NCBI RefSeq assembly: GCF_028641065.1 | Contig: NC_073401.1 | Location: 1,874,658-1,924,000, forward strand | Reading direction: 5' to 3' | DNA: 49,343 nucleotides | Source of the DNA: Leucoraja erinacea | Taxonomy: Eukaryota | Part shown: positions 1 to 11,424 of the stretch, one piece after another | How the letters are laid out: each line of letters opens with the position of its first letter | Position numbering within the stretch: position 1 is the first letter of the stretch | Notes under the pieces: model-generated | Told to the model about the DNA's origin: nothing | What the model saw: the letters and a program-made list of their open reading frames with translations, nothing else | The model's database searches: none | Program-made: the position numbers and the translations under genes

Positions 1-533
1 GCTGAATGGTTGGCAAGGTGAGGAGGTATTGACTTTGATTGTGATAATAGTTCATTTTAGAGATTTCATGAATTTCATTGTCATTGAAGTCAACAGAAGT
101 CAAGTTTGCGAGTAATGTTGTATGAGCAACTCCCACCATAATATCTGCTTTAATCTACCACACAAAATCTAAATGACCCCGGTACAATTTGAACATGAGA
201 GAACTGGAGAAAACATTTGTGCATTGCTATATTTAAGTCTCATTCCTTGACGATGATGATCCACAAAGTCCAGTGGCATTTTTCAGTGATGAAACATCTA
301 GGCACGAAAACATTTGCTAAAAATAACACGTAATGGAGAGCAGATGGGTTTATCATGTTGACCATGACTGTGCAATGTGATCTGTGTGGCAGAGGAGGAA
401 TCAGCAAACAACAAAGGCAGCCTGGAGATTTGAAAGGAAGCCAGGTTCATATAATATGGATTTACGGAGCAATTTTTTGTGTTCTGAAGGCAACCGTTTG
501 ATTAGAGAGTTACAAAGCTTTCAAACCATTTAC

Positions 534-593
534 CTTCAACGGAGATCGATACTGGATGACCGCTGGCTGGTGAGGAATGGGGCTGTAGGCCAT
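534..593 (-). CDS. Candidate first coding exon of an unidentified gene (MAYSPIPHQPAVIQYRSPLK)
   Basis: Kozak-like ACAATGG, exactly 20 codons, donor AAG|GTAAAT, in apparently non-repetitive sequence; no recognised homology. Confidence 0.25.
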
Positions 594-804
594 TGTTCAA
601 GCTTGTGGAACTGTGGATTAATCTGCCACATCTCCAGCGGAGCACTTAAGCAGTAACTGAGAAATAGAAACACCTAGGCGCTGGAATTCTGAAATAAAAA
701 CAGAAAACAGCTGAAAACGCCACAGGTCAGGCAGCAACTGTGGAAACAGAAACAGAGCTATTGTTAAAGGTTCAAGACTCTTCAGCAGAAATTGGGGACA
801 CAAC

Positions 805-941
805 TAGGACAGGTTAGGAGGGATATGGACCAAACGCAGGCAGGTGGGACGAGTGTAGCTGGGACATGTTGGCCTGTGTGGGCAAGTTGACCTGAAGGGC
901 CTGTTTCCATGCTGTATCACTCTATCACACTGTGACTCTAT
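805..941 (+). mobile_element. CR1 3'-end fragment
   Basis: gagggatatggaccaaacgcaggcaggtgggac...gaagggcctgtttccatgctgtat followed by a GACTCTAT-type tail. Confidence 0.75.
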
Positions 942-1280
942 GGAGGAACCTCGATAAAGGGACTTAGACCTGAAAAATTCGGCAAATTGTTGGGAGCGAT
1001 GGGTGATAAATCCTTTGGTCATGATGGACTTCATCCTAGGATCTCAAAATAAGTGGCGAGTGAGATATTTGACATTGACTCATTGACTTAATCTTTTCAA
1101 AATGAACCAGATTTGTGCAAGTTCCTTTAGATCAGAAAAAAAGCAAATGTAATTCCATTTATACGAAATGTGATAGAAACACAAAGCTGAAAACTTAGGG
1201 CCAAGTAGCTTCACATGTTGTGAGAAAATATGAGAAGATATCATTAAAAACTTTGTAGCAAGCCACTTAGAACACATTTA

Positions 1281-4100
1281 GTTTGCGAGTAGCACATTCT
1301 GCTACTGATAGATCAAGACGTTTGGTGGTGGACACACTGCTAGACCAATGTGACATTCTGTGCCTGCAAGAAACCTGGATGGCGAAACAAGATGTGGATA
1401 AGTTGAACACTCTACACATGAACTTCCGTGGGGCTGGAGAGTCCACTACCGACCTCAGTACGAGGCTGGTTCGGGGTAGGATAGCTGGTGGTGTAGCTAT
1501 ACTGTGGAACATCAAATATGACTCATTGGTGAAGGTGGTGCATCTAAATGTTGACTGGGCCATAGGGCTGGAGTGTAATTATAATGGAAATAAATTTACT
1601 GTCTTAAATGTTTATACACCGTATGAATCATATGAGCATGAGGACGAATTTCTGAACAGGTTAGCTTTTATTCAGTCCTTCATAGAGGACAACAGCTCAT
1701 CCTGTGTCTACGTCATGGGTGATTTTAATGCTGACATGGCAGATAGCAAATCTTTATTTGCAGCACACCTGCAGCAGTTTTGGAATGAGTCTAAACTAAT
1801 TCTATCGAGTAAAGCTCTGTTGCCTGACACAAGTTTTACCTATGTTAGTGAGGCGTGGCACACAACATCTTGGCTAGACCATATTGTGACCACAGCTGAT
1901 GCTCATGCCTCACTGGAAAATGTGGAGATTTGTTATGAACTTGCCACCTCTGATCACATACCTATTGCTGCACGGTTAAATGTTGAGAATGTCCAGTAAT
2001 AATAATGCTGCTCCCTCAAGTAAACTGGACTGGTCAAAACTGAGCAGAGAGGTTATGGCTGGATACTCACTGCGAACGGACAATTTTTTAATTATATTGA
2101 ATTGCCTCAAGAGGCCCTAATGTGCTCAAATATGAATTGTAAGGACATGCAACATGCTGAAAAACTCTGTGCCATGTATGATGTTATTGTGAAATGTCTC
2201 AATGCTTCCAGTGATCCCTTTTGTAAAAGCAGATGTAAGGTACCCAACATCAGACCTGGGTGGAATGAGTTTGTGGCTGAGCAGTACGCTGAGGCAAGAG
2301 AGGCCTTTAGACTCTGGTCAGAGGCAGGTAGGCCTAGACAGGGGGCATTGCTAGATATGAAAAAACGCACAAATGCTAGAGTTGAGTATGCACTTCGTTT
2401 TATTAAGAAAAATGAAAACACAATGAGAGCAGACTCGCTTGCCAGAAAGCTACGGAACAACAACCTTACTAACTTCTAGAAAGAGGTCAAAGTAATAAAT
2501 AACAATAAAACACCCCTACCGTCTGACATTGAAGGTGTTAGTAGCCCAGAAAAAATAGCTGAGAGTTGGCGTGAGCACTACTGTAACCTTTTTAACTGTG
2601 GTAAAAGTAACCCAGTTAGAATCAATCATGAACATATTGATCTCTCTGTAGATATGGTAGTTAGGGCAGCAGATGTCTATGATGCCATTAACATGTTGGA
2701 TAACACCAAAGCCTGTGGAATGGACTGCATTACTGCAGAACATCTAAAATATGCCAGCTATAAGCTCTGCCCCTTGCTTTCCATGTGCTTTAATGGTTGT
2801 TTGGTTCATGGTGTCCTGCCAAATACTATTATGTCTGTAATGTTAGTGCCTGTGCTTAAAGACAAGGCTGGTAAGCTCAACAGTATTGACAATTATCGAC
2901 CTATTGCATTAGCCAGTATCTTGTCTAAAGTACTGGAGAGAATACTGTTGACAAAGCTAGAAATGTATGTCCTTACTACTGACAATCAGTTTGGGTTCAA
3001 AAGAAAGCATGGAACTGACCTGTGTATCTATGCTCTTAAAGAGATTGTGTTCAGGTACACAAGCCTGAATTCATCTGTATTCCTATGTTTTATTGATGCG
3101 TCCAAGGCATTTGATAGAATTAATCATGAACAATTGTTTGTAAAATTGCTAGATAGAGGTGCCCCTAAATTTTTAATGAGAATTTTAGTGTTTTAGTATG
3201 CCCATCAAACGTTTCAGGTTAAATGGGACAATGTTGTATCTGCTCCATTCTGTGTTAGTAACGGAGTGCGGCAAGGAGGAATTTTGCCTCCTATTTTATT
3301 TAATGTTTATATGGACGAATTGTCAAATCAGTTAAATAGGTTAAAAACCGGCTGTCTTGTGGGCAACACTATTGTTAATCATCTGATGTATGCAGACAAC
3401 CTGGTCCTGCTCTGTCCATATAGTGCTGGGCTGCAGCAGATGCTGAAGGTGTGCTCTCAGTATGGCCTTGATTATGACATAAAGTATAACGCTAAGAAAA
3501 GCCGCATAATGGTAGTTAGAAGCGCTGAGGACAGGGAATCAACTTTTCCGACCTTTTATTTGTCAGACAGTCCTCTAACTGTGTGTGAGGAAATTAAATA
3601 CCTAGGTCATGTCATATCCGATGACTGGACGGATGACAAAGACCTCTACCGACAGCGCTGTAAAATTTATTTTCAAGCTAACATACTTATAAGGAAGTTT
3701 TCTATGTGCTCTGACTGTGAAGTGTTCCTTGTTCAGAACCTATATCACACCGTTATATACTGCTCAATTGTGGTCTAACTATAAGAAAAAGAGTATGCAG
3801 AGGCTTAAGGTAGCATACAATAGTTTGTGTCCACTAGAGTGCCAACCTGTGAGGCACTCTTAAGACAGCTGATGTTTAGTTTTATGTGTCGCCTGGACAA
3901 GTCAGAGAACCACATAATTGAAGCCCTAGTCAGCCCTCTGAAAAGCTGCTATAGATTCACTTCTAGGCTAAGATGGCATTGGTGCAATAGCTTGTATATC
4001 TTATAGGCTAATATGCAATTTTTAATATATTTTTTGTATCTCCTTATACTGTATGATGTGTCATATGGACCTGTGTCTGAAATAAAGCTTTATTATTATT
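1281..4100 (+). mobile_element. 5'-truncated LINE, probably RTE-X clade; disrupted ORF2 (APE endonuclease + reverse transcriptase)
   Basis: APE motifs DILCLQETW, MGDFNA, WLDH, SDH; RT motifs NYRPIAL, QFGF, FIDASKAFD, GVRQGGIL, YADN (mutated YADD). Premature TAG stops at 2477 and 3194 plus frameshifts; ends AATAAA then (TTA)n; ATTTA at both junctions (1276-1280, 4098-4102). Confidence 0.88.
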
Positions 4101-4923
4101 TACAGTAATCAGACAAAATTAATATGATTTTGTGAATGGACAGGAAAGGTTTAGAAGCATATGTGCAAATGTTAGTAGGTGGGACTAGTGTGGAAGGGGC
4201 AGATTATTTGGCATGGGAAAATTGGGTAGAAGGGCCTGTTTCCATGCTGCATGAATCTATGATTCTAAAGAGAAATAACTTTTACCAATTTATTGAAATT
4301 CATTAAAGAATTAACATATGCTGTGGCTAAAGGTGTATTTTCTAAGATTTCAGAAGGCATTGGATAAGGAGGTGTACCAAAAGCTATTACAGAATATGAG
4401 AGCTTGTATTACAGAAAGTAACATGTTGGTATTGGAAAAAGATAGGCTGGCCATCAAGACACCGAAATAAGGTGGGTCACTTGCTGGTTGGTAAGATGTA
4501 ATGAGAGGAGCACCAAGGGATCTTTGCTGAAGCATCAAGTTTCTACAATTTATGAAAATAATTTGGTTGGTGGCACAAGGATATGGTTATGAAACTTACC
4601 AAGCTATGTAAGAAGGAGGTTGTGAAGAGGACATAAGGAGGCTCTCAAGGGGTGCGAGTAGGTCAAGTGAGTTGGCAAATTGTGTGTGATAAGGGCAAAT
4701 GTCTGATTGTTCATTTTGGCAAAAAGAAGCAAGGAACACATTGTCTACACAGCAAGGGATTGGGGCGCCCGAGATACAAACGGACTGGCATCCTGATGCA
4801 GCATTCGGCAAAATACTCACTGTACAGGCAGGCAAGTAATTAGCAATACTTACACAGCATTATCATTATTGTTAAAGGTACTGAATATAACATTTGGATA
4901 TTATATATCATTTATAAGAGGTG

Positions 4924-5064
4924 GGTTGGAAGATTGCAACCTTCACGTGGTCCACCCTGTTTCGATGAATGCAATCAACCTGGCGTGCACTAACAGAAGA
5001 TCAAACAGAACAAGTTGTCTTACAACTTTAGGCTGTGCACGCAATATGTAAGAAGAAGCAGAAG
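4924..5064 (+). mobile_element. 141-bp retroposon with (AAG)n tail and 12-bp TSD (RTE-type 3' end or SINE)
   Basis: TTATAAGAGGTG at 4912-4923 and 5065-5076; ends aagaagaagcagaag. Confidence 0.75.
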
Positions 5065-5877
5065 TTATAAGAGGTGCACCTCTCATTACAACATGACAAC
5101 TACAACATGGGAATCTTGGGAATACTCTGGAAGTGCAGCATTGATTAGTCTCCTTATTTATGGTAGGATGTTTAAGTAAGCAAGTCAGAGAAAGATTACA
5201 GGAATGATACCGGAATTGGGCCAGGTTCTGGTATGAGATCAAGGGAAAGGTTGGACAGGTCCGGCTTTATACACCAAGGTTTAGAAGTGCTAAAGGTATG
5301 TGCAAGACTCAAAGGGATCAAGACAGAGTGAATGTCTTGTTTTCATGCAAGAATATAGAACTAGTAGTCACTGTTTAAACTAAGGGGTTACAAAGAGATA
5401 AGGTGACATTGTTTTGTGAGTATTTGAAACTAGCTTCCTCAAACAGTAGTGTAGTCTTTGAATGTAGTTAAAGCAGAGTAGATCCATTATAGATAAGTAA
5501 TATTGGTATTACTGGTATTGGTATTGCTGATGTATTATTGTCACAAATACTGAGATACAGGGAAAAATTTAGTTTGCATTTAATCCAGTCAAATCATATT
5601 ATAGACTAGAATAAGGGAGGGCTGGACCCTGAACGCAATATTCCACCTCTCCACCAATTCCAATATTGGTGGCCAGTGAGGGGGGGGGGGGGGGCTTTCT
5701 GGAACGCTAGTATGGTGGTTGCGGGCTGAAGGGACTGGTTTACAGAGGGCTAGTATGGACATTGTGTGCCAAATGGATTATTGGGCTGCAGCTCAGTCAC
5801 TCAAGTCAGTTGTTCTGGCAGCTCACTCACTCATGGCTGGTGGGCTGGCAGTTCACTCACGACTATTCCTTGAAATT

Positions 5878-6040
5878 CCATTTCAAGCAGGGTGCAAGGC
5901 CACCAAATTCAAGTGCAGTCTCATACAGGGTGCAAGGCCACCAAATTCAAGTGCAGTCTCATACCATTTCAAGCAGGGTGCAAGGCCACCAAATTCAAGT
6001 GCAGTTTCATACCATTTCAAGCAGGGTGCAAGGCCACTAA
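5878..6040. repeat. Tandem repeat, ~35-48-bp units (cagggtgcaaggccaccaaattcaagtgcagt)
   Basis: Three full units and a partial fourth are directly visible. Confidence 0.9.
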
Positions 6041-6356
6041 AGACAGCTAGTCTCCCTCCTCCATCTTGCAGAGACTGAGCCATGCCCACACTTCTGGGTT
6101 ATACAGTCCCGCCCCCCACCCACCAGAAGGGGTGTGGCCTTCATGGCGTGATACACAGGGGATAGAATCTCAACATTTTTTAAACACTGATAACTCTTTT
6201 ATTTTTCATCGATGTGAAAAATCCTCGGCACCTGATGAGCAGAGGGGGACTCTAAGATGGCCAAAAATCACAGCCATACATGGTAGCGTTTTTTCTAAAA
6301 TTAATATAAAGCGCAAACAGGAAGTGGTCTAGAATAGACTTTTAATTATATATAGA

Positions 6357-6460
6357 AGGCAAGGCAACTTTAATTAGGCAAGGCAACTTTAATTAGGCAA
6401 GGCGACTAATTAGGCAAGGCGACTTTAATTAGGCAAGGCAACTTCAATTAGGCAACACAG
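6357..6460. repeat. Minisatellite, ~19-bp unit aggcaaggcaactttaatt
   Basis: About five units are directly visible. Confidence 0.9.
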
Positions 6461-7009
6461 CTTTAGCATTTCCAAACCAAAGGCAACACAGCTTTAGCAT
6501 TTCCAAACTATATTTTCAAACCACATTAAGGGCACTGACAGGTTAGTAAAACCACTCACATTTTAGTAGACAAGTGTTCAGTGTTATTCACAGCTCAGAC
6601 TGAGAGATGTGACCCTCTCGCTCCCCCATCTTGCAGAGACTGACTGAGGTACTCAACACTTCCAGGTTTTATAGTCCCTCTGGAAGGGGCGTGGCCTTCA
6701 GGATCTCAACATTTTTTAAACACTAATAACTCTTTTATCTTTCATCGATGGAAAAAATCCTCTTGTCCTGCGCAGCGGAGGGGGACTCTGAGTAAGATGG
6801 CCAAAAATCACAGCCGTAAGTGGCAGCGTTTAAAAAAAAATCAATACACTGAACAGCAGGAAGTTGTCAAGATCAGACTTTTAGTAATATAAGATAGATA
6901 GGAAGGAACTGTAAATGCTGATTTATACTGAAGATAGACACAAAATGCTGGAGGAACTCATAATATGCTGGAATAACTCAGATTTATTCCAGCATTGCCT
7001 GCAGCATAC

Positions 7010-7300
7010 ATTATATTATAGATAGAATTATATTATACATGAGTATAATCAGGCAAAGTGCAAGTATACCAAGTGGTGCAAAGAGCAAAATTACTGAATA
7101 TACTGTAGTATTACAGTGTTTTGACATTACATTCACGGAGAAAGAGCAAGTAAAGTTAAAAAAAAGAGTGCAATCTTTGCAACACGTGGATTGGGAGATT
7201 GTGACTACACCCTATTTATGGGAGGACCATTCAATAGTCAGATAACAGTGGGGAAGAAGTTGTTCTCGAATCTGCTAGTATGTGCTTTCAAGCTCGGAGG
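7010..7300 (-). mobile_element. Rex1/Babar 3' fragment (tail probably continues at ~5500-5600, beyond the Helitron)
   Basis: Minus strand reads SLKAHTSRFENNFFPTVI*LLN, the Rex1-type C-terminal motif; a GTGACAATA tail motif lies near 5540. Confidence 0.55.
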
Positions 7301-7364
7301 CAGTAGGATGAAAGATTACTACAGATAAATGGATACGTAAACTTAAAGTTGCTATAAGAATACT

Positions 7365-7661
7365 TTGTTTAGTTTGAAATACAGCGTGGAAACAGGCCCT
7401 TCGGCCCACCGAGCCTGCACCATCCAACGATCCCCGAACATTAACACTGGGGACACTGAGGACAACTTACAATTCCACCAAGCCAATTAGTTTTCAAATC
7501 TGCATGTTTTCAGAGTGTGGGAGGAAACTGGAGCTCCGGCGAAAATCTACACAGTTCACGGGGAGAACGTACAAACTCCGTATGGACAGCAGCCGTAGTC
7601 GGGATCAAACCCAGGTCTCTGGCGCTGTAAGGCAGCAACTATACCGCTGCATGACCGTGCC
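7365..7661 (-). mobile_element. tRNA-derived V-SINE (HE1-like)
   Basis: Head GGCACGG...GCAGCGGTATAG with B-box-like GGTTTGATCCC; V-domain GGAGTTTGTACGTTCTCCCCGTG...CCAGTTTCCTCCCACAC; CR1-like tail GAAGGGCCTGTTTCCACGCTGTAT. Confidence 0.85.
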
Positions 7662-7981
7662 AACCTCTGAGATTAGCTGTGATCATAATAAGTGGATGTG
7701 CAGGTCTGAGAAGACTTGTGGCCTTTACTTGTTCCTGATTTGTACATTTGTAAATTTGTTTGCAATTGGATCACCAGCGACCTCAGACATTCACACCACA
7801 GGCCACCACCACTGACCGACCCAAGTCTCCAGTCACAACTCCTGCTGTACATTAAACAGTTCCAGCACGACCACATACTCACCTCACACTGTCAGCTGTT
7901 CACTCATGACAGCTGAATCGCCTGAGTGGATTGCACAACACTGACATATAATTTGTGCAGCAGCAGCTAATCAGATGATAT

Positions 7982-8668
7982 GTGTAAGAAGGAACTGCAG
8001 ATGCTGGTGTACATCGAAGATAGACACAAAATGCTGGAGTAATTCAGCAGGCCAGGCAGCATCTCTGGATAAGAGGAATGGGTCGAACTTACAACACAGT
8101 GGTATGAATATTGATTTCTCTAACAACCTAGAAACATAGAAAATAGGTGCAGGAGGAGGCTATTCGGCCCATCGAGCCAGCACCGCCATTCATTGCGATC
8201 ATGGCTGATCATCCCCAATCAGTAACCCGTGCCTGCCTTCTCCCCATATCCCTTGATTCCACTAGCCCCCTAGAGCTCTATCTAACTCTCTCTTAAATCC
8301 ATCCAGTGATTTAGCCTCCACTGCCCTCTGTGGCAGGGATTCCACAAATTCAAGTAACCCTTGCTTTCTCTCTCTCTCCATCCCTCCCCACCCGTTTTCT
8401 GACTAGTTACACTGACCTCCTGATTAATTTTACTGTTTGTATGCCACCTTGTCACCTCCCCCTCAGCCAACAATGAACCATTCTACATTTCATTGTTCAT
8501 CGTCTGCTTTGATCTGTTCTTTTCACACCTTACATATTCTTTGTATCTTTCCATATTTCGTTTCCCTCTCCCCGACTCTCAGTCTGTAGAAGGGTCTTGG
8601 CCCGAAACGTCACCCATTCCTTCTCTCCAGAGATGCTGCCTGACCCGCTGAGTTATTCCAGCATTTTT
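7982..8668 (+). mobile_element. Penelope-like element 3' end with inverted terminal copy, interrupted by a CR1 3' fragment (~8126-8350, minus)
   Basis: Inverted terminal repeat 7982-8085; ORF end ...SGMNIDFSN/FK*; hammerhead-like core at ~8584; CR1 tail agaaacatag in reverse orientation. Confidence 0.75.
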
Positions 8669-9429
8669 CATCCATCTTCGCTAATCAGGTGAAACTCGGA
8701 TGATTTAGACAATGGTGATACACCAGGAATCAATGGCGTAGATCCTAAACAGGAGGCATGAAAACCAGGTGCAAGTTTCCTGAAGGGCATGGTAACAAAT
8801 GAGTTCTGCTGCAGAGAAATAGATGAGTACCTCAATGATGTATGGGTCAGAGAGAGATCGATGGTTATACACAATGAAATGCTTGAGGAATCAGGAAACC
8901 TGCAGAGACCTTGTGTTTCATACCAAGCAGCAGCAAGCAACCACTCAGATGTCGTTGGGAAATGAAAGTGAAATTTAGTCTTTGAATAGAATCTCAGTGG
9001 CGTCCCCTCCATAAATTGTTCTTTCCCTTTATTCTTCGAAAGCAGCCATTTTGAGAGGGGAGAAGGCATTTTTGAAAAATCAGTGGGAGAGCGGAGAGAA
9101 AACTGTGTTTTAATTGAAAAGTGGCTTTGGCTCAAATGTAGATGGGTCATTTTGAAAAGCTGGCAATTTATTAGCTGAGGAGGAGATACAGCAGATAGTA
9201 AAAGGCTGGGATGGTTTATTGGGAGTGAGGTGTGTGGAGATGAAGTGCCGTGCTGAGGGAAAGTGTAGCATTGAGACTGGCTCAAGAGGCTTCAGCGAGA
9301 GAGCTGAGAAAAGCATAATAGCTGGTTAAAGTCTGTTATTCTGCGTAAACTTCCCGGCTTTTTGGTGTTGTTGAGATAGAGGGCAGGTGGGATCATTTAT
9401 AGTGTCCCTGAGGACTACACCTGCAGTAA

Positions 9430-9724
9430 GTTTAGTTGAGTTTAGTTTAGAGATACAGCACGGAAACAGGCCGAACCAGCGATCCCCGCACATTAACACT
9501 ATCCTACACTACACTAGGGTCAATTTACATTTATACCAAGCCAATTAACATACAAACCTTTACGTCTTTGGAGTGTGGGAAGAAACCGAAGATATCGGAG
9601 AAAATGCACGCAGTCACGGTGAGAACGTGCAAACTCCGTTCAGGCAGCACCCGTAGTCAGGATTGAACCCGGGTCCCTGGTGCTGTAAGGCAGCAACTCA
9701 ACCGCTGCGCCTCCGTGCCGCCCC
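9430..9724 (-). mobile_element. V-SINE (HE1-like), near full length
   Basis: GGGGCGGCACGGAGGCGCAGCGGTTGAG head, B box GGTTCAATCC, V-domain, (CTAAA)n-like tail. Confidence 0.88.
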
Positions 9725-10058
9725 GGAAAGCCGTGCTCAGCTGCAGTTTCCTAAGGACCACGTTAAGAAACTGAAGCTGCATGTGGATGACGTCAGGATT
9801 ATCCAGGGGTGTGAGTGTGTGATAGATAAGAGTTACAGTGAGGTGGTCATGCCTGAGGTACAGGCAGGTGGTCGATGGATGACCACCAGGAATGGGAGAA
9901 GGCAGAGAGGGCAGTAGATCCCTTCCACAACAAGCTTGCTCCTTTGGATAAAGATCTGGGTGGAGGAAAGGCAAGGAGAGAGTCGAGTTGGGCCTGGTTC
10001 TGAGGCCCAGCGGGTAGTGAAACTCTGAAACCCATAGTGATAGGAGACTCGCCAGTTA

Positions 10059-10295
10059 AGGACTTGTCCCACTTTCACGACCTAATTCACGACCTCTGCC
10101 GAGTTTGCCCTTGACTCATACTCGCAGCATGGTCGTCACGTGGTCGTAGGAGGTCATAGGTCGGTCGTAGCAGGCCATGATGCTAGTCGTAGGTACTCAT
10201 GTCATCAAGTAGGTCGGGGCGTTTTTCTAGCCTGATGAAAAATGTTCACGAGTAAAAAAGGTTGTGAATTAGGTTGTGAAAATGGGACAGGCCCT
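10059..10295. mobile_element. MITE, PIF/Harbinger type
   Basis: Terminal inverted repeats AGGACTTGTCCCACTTTCACGACCTAATTCACGACC / GGTTGTGAATTAGGTTGTGAAAATGGGACAGGCCCT; TTA TSD (10056-10058, 10296-10298); removal restores CR1 ORF1. Confidence 0.85.
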
Positions 10296-10506
10296 TTAGG
10301 GGACAGACAGGAGATTCAGTGGCAGCAAACGAGACTCCAGGGTGATGTGCTGCCTCCATAGTGCCAGGGTCCAGGATATCTCTGAGTGGTTGCAAAACAT
10401 TCTCAAGCGGGGGAGGGTGAGCAACCGGAAGTTGTTGTGCACCTTGGCACAAACGACATTGGTGGAAAAGTAACTGGATATAGGGAGTGAGGCAAGAGAC
10501 TAAAAG

Positions 10507-11424
10507 ACCGGAAGGCGGCGCGACTTTCGTCAGCAGCGGCCTCCGCAGCCCGTCCGCATTTTTATTATTTTTTGTCTATGTTTATATGTAGTTTTTGTTA
10601 TTTTTTGTTGGGGTGTGTGTGTGGGGGGGTGGGAGGGAGGGGGCAACTTTTAAATCTCTCCCTGCACTGGAGACCCGACCTTTTCTTGTCGGGTCTCCGT
10701 TGTCGTTGGGGCTGCAATGAGGAGCGGCCTCCAACAGAAGAAGCCGGGGACTCTGGTGCCGACTCACCTCACCGTCGCGGAGCTGGCCGAGTCCAGAGCG
10801 GGTGGAGCGGTGGTGGAGCGCTGCTGCTGCTGCTGCTGTTGCTGCTGCTGATTCGGAGGCTGCAACTGCGGGTCTGCGGATGGCGGCACCGGGAGCCCGC
10901 GGGTCCCTGGAGGGAGACCGCTTTTCAGGGCTCCTGCAACGGCGACTTCTCCCGCCCGAGTTGCGGGGTCGAAGAGCTCCTGGAGCGGGGCCTAACATCA
11001 CTGCCCCGCGCGGCTTGGAATGGCCGCGGGACTCTGCGAGCGCCCGCCGGGGGCTCCAACATCAAGACCCGGTGTGCGACCTCGCACCACCCGGCGTGGC
11101 TTTAATGGCCGTGGGACAATCGCCATCGCCAGCCGGGGGCTTTGACTTTGACTCTGTCATCGGGGGGGGGGGGGGGCCGCGGGACAATCGCCATCGCCAG
11201 CCGGGGGCTTTGACTTTGACTCTGACATCGGGGGGGTGAGAGGGCAGTGGAGAGATAAGTTTTTTTTTGGCCTTCCATCACAACAATGTGATGGATGTTT
11301 ATGTAAAATGTAAATTATGTTGTGTCTGGGGTCTATTTGTTTGTAATGTATGGCTGCAGAAACGGCATTTCGTTTGGACCTCAAGGGGTCCAAATGACAA
11401 TAAAATTGACTCTCTTGACTCTTG
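10507..11424 (+). mobile_element. GC-rich non-autonomous retroposon, copy A (full length, Rex1-like tail)
   Basis: AAAAG TSD (10502-10506, 11425-11429); 3' stem-loop ATTTCGTTTGGACC..GGTCCAAATGACAATAAA then a (CTTGACT)-type tail; no tRNA boxes seen; no credible ORF. Confidence 0.75.

Larger units (their letters stand above)
960..5480 (+). mobile_element. Old decayed CR1 ORF2 hosting the RTE-X LINE and two short insertions
   Basis: Degenerate CR1 RT coding (ANV.P.., LTNLLEF-like, DFQKA.DK) continues across the 1281-4100, 4138-4267 and 4924-5064 insertions. Confidence 0.65.
5606..6898 (-). mobile_element. Non-autonomous Helitron-like element with internal tandem repeats and duplicated 5' region
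   Basis: Minus strand starts A|TCTATCTTATATTACTAAAAG and ends CTAG|T; weak subterminal hairpin (AGGG-CTGGA-CCCT); no TSD; same terminal pattern as 23101-25203. Confidence 0.6.

Noticed and set aside
5719-6460. Repeat arrays that could be taken for a CRISPR array or repeat protein
   Set aside because: Units are directly tandem with no unique spacers, the context is eukaryotic, and no cas genes are present.
8668-9285. 205-aa minus-strand ORF
   Set aside because: No recognisable motif, non-ATG start, and partly antisense to the CR1 5' region.
9640-9724. tRNA-like A/B boxes
   Set aside because: SINE head followed by V-domain and tail; not a tRNA gene.
10572-11239. Overlapping GC-rich ORFs with poly-Leu/poly-Ala
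   Set aside because: They lie within retroposon copy A and arise from high GC and a (CTG)n tract; no domain motifs.
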